This document shows, one piece after another, positions 1 through 10,613 of a stretch of 64,000 nt of DNA (positions are counted from its first letter, which is position 1; each line of letters opens with the position of its first letter). Below the pieces are notes generated by a model. The model did no database searches. It was not told the DNA's origin and was given only the letters and a program-made list of their open reading frames with translations. Made by a program: the position numbers and the translations under genes. Origin of the DNA: Cyanophyceae cyanobacterium (GTDB lineage Bacteria; Cyanobacteriota; Cyanobacteriia; Cyanobacteriales; JBHJGN01); contig JBHJGN010000057.1 of the NCBI GenBank assembly GCA_050331735.1, positions 15,432 to 79,431 of the forward strand, given 5' to 3'.

Positions 1-1088
1 ATGCCCCGGCGCAGTTCTGGTCCCTACTGCATTCAGGGAGATTTACCGGGAACGTCTGGGCCGTACCAGAAGGAACGGCCATTTTTGCCAATGAACCAAT
101 TTTACGAGTAGAAGCACCGCTATGGCAGGCCCAGGTCGTGGAAACCTTTGTGTTAAACGCGATCAACTACCAATCTCTAATTGCGACTAAAGCAGCTCGC
201 ATCCGCGATGCGGCTGGACCTGAGGCAACTCTACTAGAATTTGGTACGCGTCGGGCGTTTAGTCCTCAAGGAGCGGTGTGGGCGGCAAGAGCTGCTCTAG
301 CGGCAGGATTAAACGCGACTTCTAACGTTATTGCTGCTCTTAAGCTAGGGCAGTCACCAAAAGGAACCATGGCTCATTCTCTGGTGATGGGCATTGGGGC
401 TTTATCGGGAAGCGAAGATGAGGCGTTTGAGGCATTTCTGCGCTATTTTCCCGATGCCACGCTATTGATCGACACCTACGATACAATTGCTGCTGCTGAA
501 CGAATTGCAGAACGCATTAAAGCCGGGAAAAAAGTGACGGGAGTGCGGTTAGATTCGGGAGATTTAGTGGAGCTGTCTCAAAAAGTGCGCTCCTTACTGC
601 CAGAGATTAACATTGTTGCCAGCGGCGACCTCGACGAGGGGGAGATTAATCGACTGATCAAGGCAGGTGCGTCTATCGATGGCTACGGACTGGGAACCAA
701 GCTCGTTACCGGACACCCCGTCAATGGAGTTTATAAACTTGTAGAAATTGATGGTATTCCGACCATGAAGGAGTCGAGTAGTAAAGTAACCTATCCTGGA
801 CGCAAGCAAGTCTTTCGGTCCCAAAGCGACGCGCACATCCATCAAGATCGCTTAGCCCTAGCCGATGAATCTCCTCAGCAGGGCGAGCAAGGGGTATTAC
901 AGCTAGTGATGAAGCAAGGCGATCGCCAACAGCTCCCTGAAACGCTCGAAACGATTCGACAGCGTACAACAGCGACCGTTAAGCGGTTGCCGAGCCACAC
1001 CCGTCAGTTTACTGAACCGACTCCTCTAACTGTCGAAATTTCCGCTCCCTTAGACTCTCTGCGTCGCTCCGTTTCTTCTAAACAATAG
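1..1088 (+). CDS. pncB: Nicotinate phosphoribosyltransferase (5'-truncated by window edge)
   Basis: Frame is open from nt 3 (APAQFWSLL...VWAVPEGTAIFANEPILRVEAP) into ORF 138..1088. Motifs EFGTRR, GTMAHS, LIDTYDT, GVRLDSGD, ASGDLDE, VYKLVE. Confidence 0.95.
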   Translation, partial: APAQFWSLLHSGRFTGNVWAVPEGTAIFANEPILRVEAPLWQAQVVETFVLNAINYQSLIATKAARIRDAAGPEATLLEFGTRRAFSPQGAVWAARAALAAGLNATSNVIAALKLGQSPKGTMAHSLVMGIGALSGSEDEAFEAFLRYFPDATLLIDTYDTIAAAERIAERIKAGKKVTGVRLDSGDLVELSQKVRSLLPEINIVASGDLDEGEINRLIKAGASIDGYGLGTKLVTGHPVNGVYKLVEIDGIPTMKESSSKVTYPGRKQVFRSQSDAHIHQDRLALADESPQQGEQGVLQLVMKQGDRQQLPETLETIRQRTTATVKRLPSHTRQFTEPTPLTVEISAPLDSLRRSVSSKQ

Positions 1089-1110
1089 CCAGGTGAATCC
1101 CCAATAACTA

Positions 1111-1674
1111 ATGGAAAAAATTGCTCTCTTTGGCACCAGCGCCGATCCGCCAACGGCGGGTCATAAGGCGATTTTACAGTGGCTAGCCCAACACTACGAC
1201 CGAGTAGCGGTTTGGGTATCCGATAACCCGTTTAAAGAACATCGAACAGCTCGCCAAAACCGAGAAGCGATGTTGCGCCTCATTATCAATGAACTCTCCA
1301 ACTGTAGCCGCGTGAGTCTTCATGAGGAACTGAGCGATCGCCGCAGTCTTCATAGCGTCCAAAAAGCCCAAGAAATTTGGGGCGAGGAAGTCGAGTATGT
1401 CTTCGTGATTGGCTCGGATCTGGCCGGACAAATTCGCCAATGGTATCAGGTTGAACAGCTATTGCAGCAGGTGCGGCTGCTGATCGTTCCTCGTCCAGGG
1501 TCTCCTGTTCAGGAGAGCGATTTAAATGCCTTACGTCTTCTCGGGGCCAGTTATGAAGTTGCTAATATTGAGGTGCCAGCGGTATCTTCAACAGCGTATC
1601 GTGAAGAGGGAAACCAAGACGCTCTGACGCTATCTGTTCAAGACTATATTCGACAAGAGCAACTGTATTCATGA
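1111..1674 (+). CDS. nadD: Nicotinate-nucleotide adenylyltransferase
   Basis: GTSADPPTAGH (HxGH-like), IGSDL and VSSTAYR motifs; follows pncB. Confidence 0.93.
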   Translation: MEKIALFGTSADPPTAGHKAILQWLAQHYDRVAVWVSDNPFKEHRTARQNREAMLRLIINELSNCSRVSLHEELSDRRSLHSVQKAQEIWGEEVEYVFVIGSDLAGQIRQWYQVEQLLQQVRLLIVPRPGSPVQESDLNALRLLGASYEVANIEVPAVSSTAYREEGNQDALTLSVQDYIRQEQLYS

Positions 1675-2390
1675 GCAGCACCGGTATAGTCACTCACCAC
1701 ACGCCCAAACACCTCGCTAATTTTAAAGTTGGGGTTGATAACGTGATTTTTTCCGTTGATACTCAACACAATCAGCTTTTAGTCTTGCTGAGCCAGCGAC
1801 AGGATGAGCCTTGTTTCGGCTGGTGGAGTTTACCAGGAACCCTGGTTCGTCAGGGAGAATTGCTAGAAGCAGCGGCTCGTCGAATTTTGGCAGAGAAAAT
1901 TCAGGTGAGCAACCTTTACCTAGAACAGCTCTACACCTTCAGCGATCCGAATCATGCCTCCCCAGTCGAGAGTCGCTATTTGTCCATTAGCTACTTTGCC
2001 CTGGTGCGATACGAAGAAGCCCGGTTGTTATCAACCGTAGGGAAAACAGCCTGGTATACCCTCAGAGATGTACCCACCTTGAGCTTTAACCACAGCCAGA
2101 TCTTGGAGTACGGCTATCGCCGATTGCGCAACAAATTGGAATACAGTCCGATCGCCTTTGACGTTCTGCCAGACGTCTTCACCCTTAACGATATTTATCA
2201 GCTTTATACAACAGTACTGGGAGAGAATTTCTCAGATTACTCCAATTTCCGCGCTCGCTTGCTTAAGCTCGGCTTTTTAAGCGATACGGGGGATAAAGTG
2301 TCTCGGGGAGCAGGTCGTCCGGCTAGTCTCTATCGATTTGATGCGGAAGCTTTTGCTCCACTTAAGGATAAGCCGCTGGTATTTATTTAG
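1671..2390 (+). CDS. nrtR: NrtR-family NAD-metabolism regulator (Nudix-like plus wHTH)
   Basis: VDNVIF...WSLPG Nudix fold with degenerate box; C-terminal FTL..LY..VLG..DYSNFR..GAGRPASLYRF; ATGA overlap with nadD. Confidence 0.9.
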   Translation: MSSTGIVTHHTPKHLANFKVGVDNVIFSVDTQHNQLLVLLSQRQDEPCFGWWSLPGTLVRQGELLEAAARRILAEKIQVSNLYLEQLYTFSDPNHASPVESRYLSISYFALVRYEEARLLSTVGKTAWYTLRDVPTLSFNHSQILEYGYRRLRNKLEYSPIAFDVLPDVFTLNDIYQLYTTVLGENFSDYSNFRARLLKLGFLSDTGDKVSRGAGRPASLYRFDAEAFAPLKDKPLVFI

Positions 2391-2543
2391 CCGTTTTGTT
2401 GATGGCTAATTGTTCAGTGTCCCCGCGCTCATTGAGAACTGTGATTTAATAGCCGACTGCTCAAAAGGTGTTCTTAGCAACTGCTGACTTTGCTTGTTTT
2501 ACTTCTAATACAGTTAACCAGTGCCGACCGACTATCAATCACT

Positions 2544-4223
2544 ATGAAAATTGCGATCGCTCAACTCAATCCCACTATCGGAGATCTTCCTGGCAATGCC
2601 CAACAAATTCTAGAGGCGGCACAACAAGCCGCAGCTCAAGATGCTCGGTTGATGCTGACACCGGAACTGTCTCTGTGTGGCTATCCTCCGCGAGATTTAC
2701 TGCTCAACCCGGGCTTTGTTCAGTCGGTCGCTCGCTACCTCCAGCACCTAGCCCACCAACTGCCCCAGCAGCTAGCTGTATTAGTCGGTACGGTAACAGA
2801 AAATCCTCATGCTGGCGATGCTGGTCAAAAACCTCTGTATAATAGCATCGCCTTACTAGAAGGCGGCGAAGTCAAGCAGCTCTTTCACAAACGCCTGTTA
2901 CCCACCTACGACGTTTTTGACGAAGACCGCTACTTTGAGTCGGGATACCAGAGCAACGTCTTCTCCCTTAATTCTCTCAAAATCGGGGTCACAATTTGTG
3001 AAGACGTGTGGAACGAGAAGGAATTTTGGGGCAAGCGCAACTATGAAGACAATCCCACCGAAGAGCTAGCCAAATCTGCCGTTCAGCTCATTGTTAACCT
3101 TTCGGCCTCACCCTACAGCGTCGGTAAACAACAATTGAGAGAGGCCATGCTGCGCGATATTTCCAGTCGCTACCAGCAGCCGATTATTTATGTCAATCAG
3201 GTCGGAGCCAACGACGATCTGATTTTTGATGGCTGTAGCGTAGCGGTTGATCGCGGTGGAGAAGTTGTCTGTCGGGCCGAGGCGTATCGCAGCGATTTAG
3301 CTATCCTTGAGTACGATGAAGCCACCAACGATCTGCTCAGCGCCTCGATTGTTCCCCTGCCGGAAACGGCAGACGAGGAGATTTGGTTAGCGCTGGTGCT
3401 GGGAGTGAGGGATTACGCTCGCAAATGCGGTTTTTCTAAAATTGTGCTGGGCTTAAGTGGCGGGATTGACTCCTCGTTAGTGGCAGCGATCACCGCCGAG
3501 GCTGTTGGACCGGAAAACGTCTTGGGAGTGTTGATGCCGTCGCCCTACAGTTCGGATCATTCTCTCAAAGATGCTCAGGATCTAGTCCATAATTTGGGCA
3601 TCAATAGCGAGAAGCTGCCGATAGGAGACGTCATGAAGGCCTATGACGATGCCTTAGCCCCCCTGTTTGCTGGCACTGAGTTTGGCGTTGCCGAGGAAAA
3701 TATTCAGTCACGGATTCGGGGCAACTTGCTAATGGCGATCGCCAATAAGTTTGGCTATCTGCTCGTTTCCACCGGAAATAAATCAGAAATGGCGGTGGGA
3801 TACTGTACTCTTTACGGCGATATGAGCGGCGGACTGGCGGCGATCGCGGATGTTCCGAAAACCCGCGTTTTTTCTCTTTGTCGCTGGCTAAATCGCCATC
3901 AAGAAGTAATTCCTGACAACGTGATCGGAAAGCCGCCCAGCGCTGAGCTCAAGCCCGGTCAGATCGATCAGGACTCCTTGCCTTCCTACGATATTCTCGA
4001 CGGCATTTTAGAGCGGATGGTGCAGCAGCATCAATCTGCCGCTCAAATCACGGCAGCCGGATACGATGCCGAAGTCGTCGAGAAAGTGATGAAGCTAGTG
4101 GCCCGCGCCGAGTTCAAGCGCCGTCAGGCCCCCCCAGGATTAAAAATCACCGACCGCGCCTTCGGCACCGGGTGGCGCATGCCCATTGCTAGCCGCTGGT
4201 CGGTCCCAGAAAAAACGCATTAA
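2544..4223 (+). CDS. nadE: Glutamine-dependent NAD+ synthetase
   Basis: Start moved to the ATG of MKIAIAQLNP. Nitrilase-like triad (PEL, HKRLLP, ICED) plus synthetase motifs SGGIDS, TGNKSE, PPSAEL. Confidence 0.95.
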   Translation: MKIAIAQLNPTIGDLPGNAQQILEAAQQAAAQDARLMLTPELSLCGYPPRDLLLNPGFVQSVARYLQHLAHQLPQQLAVLVGTVTENPHAGDAGQKPLYNSIALLEGGEVKQLFHKRLLPTYDVFDEDRYFESGYQSNVFSLNSLKIGVTICEDVWNEKEFWGKRNYEDNPTEELAKSAVQLIVNLSASPYSVGKQQLREAMLRDISSRYQQPIIYVNQVGANDDLIFDGCSVAVDRGGEVVCRAEAYRSDLAILEYDEATNDLLSASIVPLPETADEEIWLALVLGVRDYARKCGFSKIVLGLSGGIDSSLVAAITAEAVGPENVLGVLMPSPYSSDHSLKDAQDLVHNLGINSEKLPIGDVMKAYDDALAPLFAGTEFGVAEENIQSRIRGNLLMAIANKFGYLLVSTGNKSEMAVGYCTLYGDMSGGLAAIADVPKTRVFSLCRWLNRHQEVIPDNVIGKPPSAELKPGQIDQDSLPSYDILDGILERMVQQHQSAAQITAAGYDAEVVEKVMKLVARAEFKRRQAPPGLKITDRAFGTGWRMPIASRWSVPEKTH

Positions 4224-4445
4224 GCGCTGTAGGCGCAGGGAAAATAGTTGCTGCGCAACGGGGAAAGGGGAAGCGCCGTAGGCGCAGGGGAAGGGGGAAA
4301 GGGAGGAATTGAATAGTCTTCAATCTCGGCCCGCTATTCTTTATTCGTCGCGGAGCGACTGATTTTCTTTTCCCCCTTCCCCGTCCCGGAGGGACAATTT
4401 CCCCCTTTCCCCATCGCGAAGCGATTTTCCCGTTCCGCAGGAACT
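4224..4445. repeat. Composite intergenic repeat A (G-rich arm, spacer, C-rich arm, seven 13-nt mini-hairpins)
   Basis: Hairpins at 4224, 4247, 4273, 4347, 4383, 4413 and 4432 embedded in GGGAAA and TTTCCC tracts between convergent nadE and ndhH. Confidence 0.85.
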
Positions 4446-4535
4446 ATCAACACTTCCTAACAAAATCGGCTGGAGCTCTTCCTCGATGGGGATGCTGGCC
4501 GCAGCCATTGTCGCTAGGCTACTAATAGCGTCTGA

Positions 4536-5717
4536 TTAGCGATCGACTGACCCCATAATGATGTCAATGCTGCCGAGGATAACGACGATATCAGCTACTT
4601 TGACTCCTTTGAGGAGAGTAGGCAGGATTTGAAGATTGTTGAAATCGGCAGAGCGAATTTTCCAGCGCCAGGGAAAGACAGTATTATTACCGAGGATAAA
4701 GATACCGAGTTCTCCTTTGCCACTCTCGATGCGGACGTAGTGTTCTCCCTGCGGAATTTTAAAAGTGGGAGCAATTTTTTTGCCCAGGAACTGATAGTCA
4801 AACGTATTCCACTCGGATTTGGGATCGTCTAGCCGCTTCGCTTCCAGGTTTTCTGTTGCACCGCCCGGAATCTGGGCGATCGCCTGACGAATAATTTTCA
4901 CCGACTCGCGCATTTCGCCCAGTCGGACTCGATATCTGGCCAGACAATCTCCGGTCGTTTCCCATTGCACCTGCCAATCAAACTCGTCGTAGCACTCGTA
5001 GGAATCTATTTTGCGGAGATCCCACCTGACCCCTGAAGCCCGCAACATGGGGCCAGAAAGACCCCAGTTTAGTGCTTCGGTACGAGAAATTGTCCCAATT
5101 CCTTCCACCCGCCGGCGAAAGATGGGGTTATCGGTAATTAGTCGTTCGTATTCGTTAATTCTCGCCTCAAAGTAGTCGCAGAAGTCGGCGCATTTATCCA
5201 GCCAGCCATAAGGTAAGTCTACCGCGACACCGCCGGGTCGCCAGTAATTGTTATTGACCAGGCGCGATCCGGTGGCTGCTTCCCAGAGATCGTAAATCAT
5301 CTCTCGTTCCCGAAAGATATAGAAGAAAGGAGTGCCTGCTCCCATGTCTAGCATGAATGGACCGAGCCACAGTAAATGATTGGCAATCCGGTTGAGTTCT
5401 AGCATAAGTACGCGGATGTAGCTAGCGCGTTTGGGAACCCGAAGATTAGCGAGTTGTTCTACGGCATTGACTGTCACCGCTTCGTTGAACATTCCGGCGG
5501 CGTAGTCCCAGCGGCTGACGTAGGGAATGTACATAATTGGGGTGCGATTTTCCGCAATTTTCTCCATTCCCCGATGTAGATAACCAATGACGGGTTCGCA
5601 ATCAACCACCTCTTCTCCATCTAGCGTCACGACTAGACGAAAACAGCCGTGCATAGATGGATGATGCGGTCCCATATTGAGAACCATTGGTTCTGTTTTC
5701 GTTTCAATAATTGCCAT
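4536..5717 (-). CDS. ndhH: NAD(P)H-quinone oxidoreductase (NDH-1) subunit H, divergent copy
   Basis: [38 protein letters not shown], and C-terminal [12 protein letters not shown]. Confidence 0.95.
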   Translation of the reverse strand: MAIIETKTEPMVLNMGPHHPSMHGCFRLVVTLDGEEVVDCEPVIGYLHRGMEKIAENRTPIMYIPYVSRWDYAAGMFNEAVTVNAVEQLANLRVPKRASYIRVLMLELNRIANHLLWLGPFMLDMGAGTPFFYIFREREMIYDLWEAATGSRLVNNNYWRPGGVAVDLPYGWLDKCADFCDYFEARINEYERLITDNPIFRRRVEGIGTISRTEALNWGLSGPMLRASGVRWDLRKIDSYECYDEFDWQVQWETTGDCLARYRVRLGEMRESVKIIRQAIAQIPGGATENLEAKRLDDPKSEWNTFDYQFLGKKIAPTFKIPQGEHYVRIESGKGELGIFILGNNTVFPWRWKIRSADFNNLQILPTLLKGVKVADIVVILGSIDIIMGSVDR

Positions 5718-5876
5718 CGTCACCACCTCAATCGATGCTTTTGTCCCAACTAGTATCGAAAGTAGAGGCGCAAGAGTCTTGTCGATTCGTCCGATTTTTG
5801 GATATTCTTCCTACCAATTAATAATCAAGAAACCGTCAGCAACGAGCAAACGGCGAATCTTTACTAGGGAAGCCCT

Positions 5877-6794
5877 CTAACTGTTTTGTTGAAACTCTTT
5901 CGGTGTCACTCCAACTAAACGCTTGAAGTGACGATGCAAATGACTTTGATCGCTAAAACCAACTTCTGTCGCCACCTCAGAAATCGGTAGTTTCTTCAGC
6001 AGCACTTTGGCTCGTTCAATCCGGCAGCGAATGACATACTGGTGAGGTGTTACCCCTGTAGACTGTTTGAAAAGTTGAGAGAAGTAGTGAGGACTGATAC
6101 CAGTGACTGCCGCTAGCTCTCTTAAGCTTAAATCTTGGTCGAGATGAGCATTAATGTAGTCAACGACCTGCCGCAACTTCCCAGCCAATAAACCACCGGA
6201 ATAGGCTGGAAGTTGCGGCATCTGGGCGGAGTAGTGCTGCAACAGATGCACAATCAATGTGCTGGTCAGAGTATCTGCGTAAAGGCGACTTGCGGGACGA
6301 TAATTTGTTAATGCTCCTTTGAGGGCTAATCCAATCTGATGCACTAGCGGATCTGGAGTGGCAAAGTGAGGAACGAGTTCAGCAGAAATCTCAGCCTCGT
6401 CAGCAGATTGAATAAATTTTGCTGTTTCAAAACTGATTAATACAGCGCCTCCAGGGACATTCCATTCAGAGCGATTCCAGGTATGGGCCGGAATTACTAG
6501 GATGTCTCCCTCTGCAACTCTTTCACGCCGAAATTGACCATCGATCGAGCGTTCGGCTTGCGCTGGTGTGGGCAGATCGACCAAGATAGCAATACTGTGC
6601 TGCTTACTGCACACTTCTGGGGTGTATCCCGGCGGTAGGTAGTCGTAGGCAGCATAAATACCGTCCCAGCCGGTAGATAGACTGCTGAGCAGCGGTAGTT
6701 GGGAAAAAATGCGTCGGTATCCCGTTTCTTTCTCCTGAGCAAAGTCAACGGTAACTGATCGGTCTAACATAGCGATCGCGGGACTCTCTGCCAC
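5877..6794 (-). CDS. AraC-family transcriptional regulator
   Basis: C-terminal double HTH (ISPHYFSQLFKQSTGVTPHQYV...VGFSDQSHLHRHFKR). Confidence 0.93.
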   Translation of the reverse strand: MAESPAIAMLDRSVTVDFAQEKETGYRRIFSQLPLLSSLSTGWDGIYAAYDYLPPGYTPEVCSKQHSIAILVDLPTPAQAERSIDGQFRRERVAEGDILVIPAHTWNRSEWNVPGGAVLISFETAKFIQSADEAEISAELVPHFATPDPLVHQIGLALKGALTNYRPASRLYADTLTSTLIVHLLQHYSAQMPQLPAYSGGLLAGKLRQVVDYINAHLDQDLSLRELAAVTGISPHYFSQLFKQSTGVTPHQYVIRCRIERAKVLLKKLPISEVATEVGFSDQSHLHRHFKRLVGVTPKEFQQNS

Positions 6795-6944
6795 TAACCT
6801 ATCATGAACGGCTTGATACAGCCGTTCCGCTTAACGGCTCTTTTTGTTTTAATACTAGATGAAACAAAAGCTGAGTCAAGAGAAATTTACTTGCTGAGGG
6901 CGATCGCTTTTCTACAATAAAACTAGAGTTGGTAGGTTAGGGAT

Positions 6945-9900
6945 ATGGGGCGGATTGTACTGATTGCTGGGTTTGAATCGTTTAATGCCAACCTGTATCG
7001 AACGGGGGCACAGTTGGCAACGTCTCGGTGTCCTGGCTTAGAGGTGCAGGTGTTTAGCGATCGCTCTCTTACCGCCGCACCAGAACGGGTCGAAGCCGCC
7101 CTTCAGGAGGCCCAGGTCTTCTTTGCTAGCTTGGTGTTTGATTACGACCAGGTGGTGTGGCTGCGAGAACGAGTGCAGCATATTCCCATTCGCCTCATTT
7201 TTGAATCTGCCTTGGAATTGATGAGTTTGACGCAGCTTGGGAAGTTCGCCATCGGGGACAAACCGAAAGGGATGCCCAAACCGGTTAAATTCATCCTCAG
7301 CAAATTCTCCAACGGCGCTGAAGAAGACAAACTCGCAGGCTACATTAGCTTCCTGAAAACGGGACCAAAACTGCTGAAGTATATTCCGGCCAAAAAAGTT
7401 CAGGATCTCCGCAACTGGCTGATCATTTACGGCTACTGGAACGCTGGCGGGACAGAGAACTTTGCTGCGATGTGCTGGACCATTGCTGAGAAATACCTGG
7501 GGCTAGACGTTGGCACTATTCCTGCCCCCGTTGAAACCCCCAACATGGGACTGCTGCATCCCGATTACGAAGGCTTTTTTACCTCGCCGCGTCAGTATTT
7601 GGAGTGGTATCAGAGTCATTCAATCGAAATTCAAAATTCACAACCATGTGTTGGTATTCTGCTCTATCGCAAGCATGTGATTACTAAGCAGCCGTATATT
7701 GCTCAACTGATTCGGCATTTTGAAGCGGAGGGGTTGATGCCACTGCCAATCTTTTTGAATGGGGTTGAGGGTCATGTGGCGGTTCGAGACTGGATGACAA
7801 CAGCCCACGAAACCGAACAGCGACAGCAAGGGAATGTTGAAACTCCTTCCCTATCGCCTGATGCTGTCGCCGTGGATGCGATTGTATCAACGATTGGCTT
7901 TCCTCTCGTAGGCGGACCAGCGGGGTCGATGGAGGCGGGGCGACAGGTAGAAGTCGCTAAACGCATCTTAAAAGTGAAAAACGTCCCCTATCTAGTGGCA
8001 GCCCCGCTACTAATTCAAGACCTGCATTCCTGGACCCGGCAAGGAATCGGTGGACTGCAAAGCGTGGTCCTCTATTCCCTGCCGGAACTAGACGGGGCTA
8101 TTGATACAGTTCCTTTGGGTGGGTTAGTGGGTGAAGATATCTACCTGATTCCAGAACGCTTAAAGCGACTGACAGGGAGACTGAAAAGCTGGATGAAGCT
8201 GCGGCAAACGCCTCCGTCTGAGCGAAAAATTGCCGTAATCCTCTACGGGTTTCCGCCTGGGTACGGGGCGACGGGAACCGCTGCGCTGTTGAACGTACCG
8301 CGATCGCTAGTTAATTTCCTAGAAGCCCTCAAGCAGGCAGGCTATACGGTGGGAGAAGTCCCGGATGGGGAAGAACTGATTCAGCGGGTGAAAGAGGCGG
8401 ACGAGGCGACGACCCTAGCAGGACAACCGACGGTTAATGTCAAGACGTTAGAACAGTGGTTGGGTTATCTGCTCACCACTCGCATCGAAAAGCAGTGGCA
8501 AACTCTGACCGGAACGGGGATTAAAACGACTGGCGATCAGTTTCAGGTTGGGGGCGTACAGCTTGGTAACGTGTGGATTGGGGTGCAGCCTCCTTTAGGA
8601 ATTGCTGGCGACCCAATGCGGCTGATGTTTGAACGGGATCTGACCCCCCATCCGCAATACGCCGCGTTTTACCAGTGGCTACAGCACGAATTTTGTGCCG
8701 ATGCTGTGGTTCACTTCGGCATGCACGGAACGGTGGAGTGGCTGCCCGGATCGCCGTTGGGGAACACGGGCTACTCTTGGTCAGATGTTCTGCTGGGAAA
8801 TTTACCGAATTTGTATATCTATGCTGCTAATAACCCCTCGGAGTCAATTTTGGCAAAGCGCCGAGGCTACGGAGTGCTGGTGTCTCACAACGTTCCGCCC
8901 TACAGTCGGGCCGGGTTGTACAAAGAGCTAATGGCGCTGCGAGAGTTAATCAGCGAGTATCGGGAAGATCCCCAGAAGAACACGGCCCTGAGAGACGCAA
9001 TTTGCCAGAAGATCGTTGATACTGGTTTAGCCGCTGATTGTCCCTTTGCTGAAGCCAAAAAATCAGGCATGGCTTTTACAGTGGACAATGCCCGTCTGTT
9101 TAGCAACAATGCCCTCAACAGCTATTTTGTTGAGGTCTATGAGTACTTGCAGGTATTAGAACAGCGGCTATTCTCTTTAGGACTGCATGTATTCGGAGAA
9201 GTCCCTAACGAGGAGGAAATGCATTCATACCTAGAAGCTTATTTTGGGGAATCCTCCAATGGCCCAATCTCCCCCTCTCGCCGAGAAGAAGCGTCCCGGA
9301 TTCGCAATCTGCTTGAGCAAACAACCCAGGAGATTACAAACCTCTTACGGGGACTCAATGGGGAGTATATTCCCCCCGCCCCAGGAGGCGATCTCCTGCG
9401 GGATGGTCCGGGGGTGTTGCCGACAGGACGAAACATTCATGCCTTAGACCCCTATCGGATGCCCTCTCCCGCCGCCACTGCTAGAGGACGGGACATTGCT
9501 CGCAAGCTGATTGCCCAACACCTAGATGAACAGGGGACATACCCGGAAACGGTAGCGGTAATGCTGTGGGGACTAGATGCTATTAAAACGAAAGGCGAGT
9601 CTTTAGGGATTGTGCTGGAACTGGTGGGGGCAGAACCGCTGAAGGAAGGCACTGGAAGAATTGTCCGCTACGAGTTGAAGCCCGTTGCCGAAGTAGGTCA
9701 TCCTCGGATCGACGTGCTAGCTAATCTGTCGGGCATCTTCCGGGATAGCTTCGTCAACGTTATTGAATTGCTAGACGATCTCTTTAGTCGGGCAGCCCAG
9801 GCGGAGGAGTCGGAGGCAGAAAACTTTATTCGCAAGCATGCACTGATGCTCCAGGAGCAAGGAATAGAGAATGCTTCGGCCCGACTGTTTTCTAATCCCG

Positions 9901-10613
9901 CTGGAGATTTTGGCTCCCTAGTCAACGACCAGGTGGTAGACGGCAACTGGGAATCAGAAGCCGAACTCGCTGACACTTGGCAACGCCGCAACGGGTTTAG
10001 CTACGGACGCCAAGATCGAGGACAGGCCCGCCCGGAGGTATTGCAGCAGCTATTGCAGGGGTGCGATCGCATTGTGCAGGAAATTGATTCGGTAGAATAC
10101 GGCCTCACGGATATTCAGGAATACTACGCCAATACCGGAGCGCTCAAGCAGGCGGCTGAACGACAAAGTGGCAAAAAAGTCAATACTTCTTTCGTCGAGA
10201 GTTTTTCTCAGGATACGACTCCCCGCAAGCTAGAAGAGTTGCTGCGCCTAGAGTACCGGACTAAGTTGCTCAATCCAAAATGGGCAGAGGCAATGGCAGA
10301 TCAGGGTTCGGGCGGTGCTTACGAAATTTCTCAGCGGCTGACCGCCCTGATTGGCTGGGGCGGTACGGTTAACTTCAAGGATCGTTGGGTTTACGATCAG
10401 GCGGTAGATACCTATGCCCTCGATCCAAGAATGGCGCAGAAGCTGCAAGCAGCAAATCCAGAAGCGTTTCGCAACATTGTTGGACGCATGCTAGAGGCTC
10501 ACGGGCGCGGCTTTTGGGAGGCAGATTCAGAAAAGTTAGCCAAGCTGCGGGAACTGTATGCTTTAACGGATGAAGAACTCGAAGGTGTTAATGCGAGCGT
10601 CCTTGGTAGTTAG
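6945..10613 (+). CDS. Magnesium chelatase subunit H-like protein (CobN/ChlH/BchH family paralog)
   Basis: GFPLVGGPAG, HFGMHGTVEWLPG, YAANNPSE..AKRRG, LPTGRNIHALDP, SGIFRD, RTKLLNPKW; 1222 aa. Confidence 0.9.
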   Translation: MGRIVLIAGFESFNANLYRTGAQLATSRCPGLEVQVFSDRSLTAAPERVEAALQEAQVFFASLVFDYDQVVWLRERVQHIPIRLIFESALELMSLTQLGKFAIGDKPKGMPKPVKFILSKFSNGAEEDKLAGYISFLKTGPKLLKYIPAKKVQDLRNWLIIYGYWNAGGTENFAAMCWTIAEKYLGLDVGTIPAPVETPNMGLLHPDYEGFFTSPRQYLEWYQSHSIEIQNSQPCVGILLYRKHVITKQPYIAQLIRHFEAEGLMPLPIFLNGVEGHVAVRDWMTTAHETEQRQQGNVETPSLSPDAVAVDAIVSTIGFPLVGGPAGSMEAGRQVEVAKRILKVKNVPYLVAAPLLIQDLHSWTRQGIGGLQSVVLYSLPELDGAIDTVPLGGLVGEDIYLIPERLKRLTGRLKSWMKLRQTPPSERKIAVILYGFPPGYGATGTAALLNVPRSLVNFLEALKQAGYTVGEVPDGEELIQRVKEADEATTLAGQPTVNVKTLEQWLGYLLTTRIEKQWQTLTGTGIKTTGDQFQVGGVQLGNVWIGVQPPLGIAGDPMRLMFERDLTPHPQYAAFYQWLQHEFCADAVVHFGMHGTVEWLPGSPLGNTGYSWSDVLLGNLPNLYIYAANNPSESILAKRRGYGVLVSHNVPPYSRAGLYKELMALRELISEYREDPQKNTALRDAICQKIVDTGLAADCPFAEAKKSGMAFTVDNARLFSNNALNSYFVEVYEYLQVLEQRLFSLGLHVFGEVPNEEEMHSYLEAYFGESSNGPISPSRREEASRIRNLLEQTTQEITNLLRGLNGEYIPPAPGGDLLRDGPGVLPTGRNIHALDPYRMPSPAATARGRDIARKLIAQHLDEQGTYPETVAVMLWGLDAIKTKGESLGIVLELVGAEPLKEGTGRIVRYELKPVAEVGHPRIDVLANLSGIFRDSFVNVIELLDDLFSRAAQAEESEAENFIRKHALMLQEQGIENASARLFSNPAGDFGSLVNDQVVDGNWESEAELADTWQRRNGFSYGRQDRGQARPEVLQQLLQGCDRIVQEIDSVEYGLTDIQEYYANTGALKQAAERQSGKKVNTSFVESFSQDTTPRKLEELLRLEYRTKLLNPKWAEAMADQGSGGAYEISQRLTALIGWGGTVNFKDRWVYDQAVDTYALDPRMAQKLQAANPEAFRNIVGRMLEAHGRGFWEADSEKLAKLRELYALTDEELEGVNASVLGS

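Noticed and set aside
1671..2390. Degenerate Nudix box (RILAEK) as a sign of pseudogenisation
   Set aside because: Catalytically impaired Nudix domains are normal for NrtR regulators.
4224..4445. Repeat clusters (also 17231-17470 and 19007-19170) as CRISPR arrays
   Set aside because: No constant repeat of CRISPR length with regular unique spacers, and no cas genes in the window.
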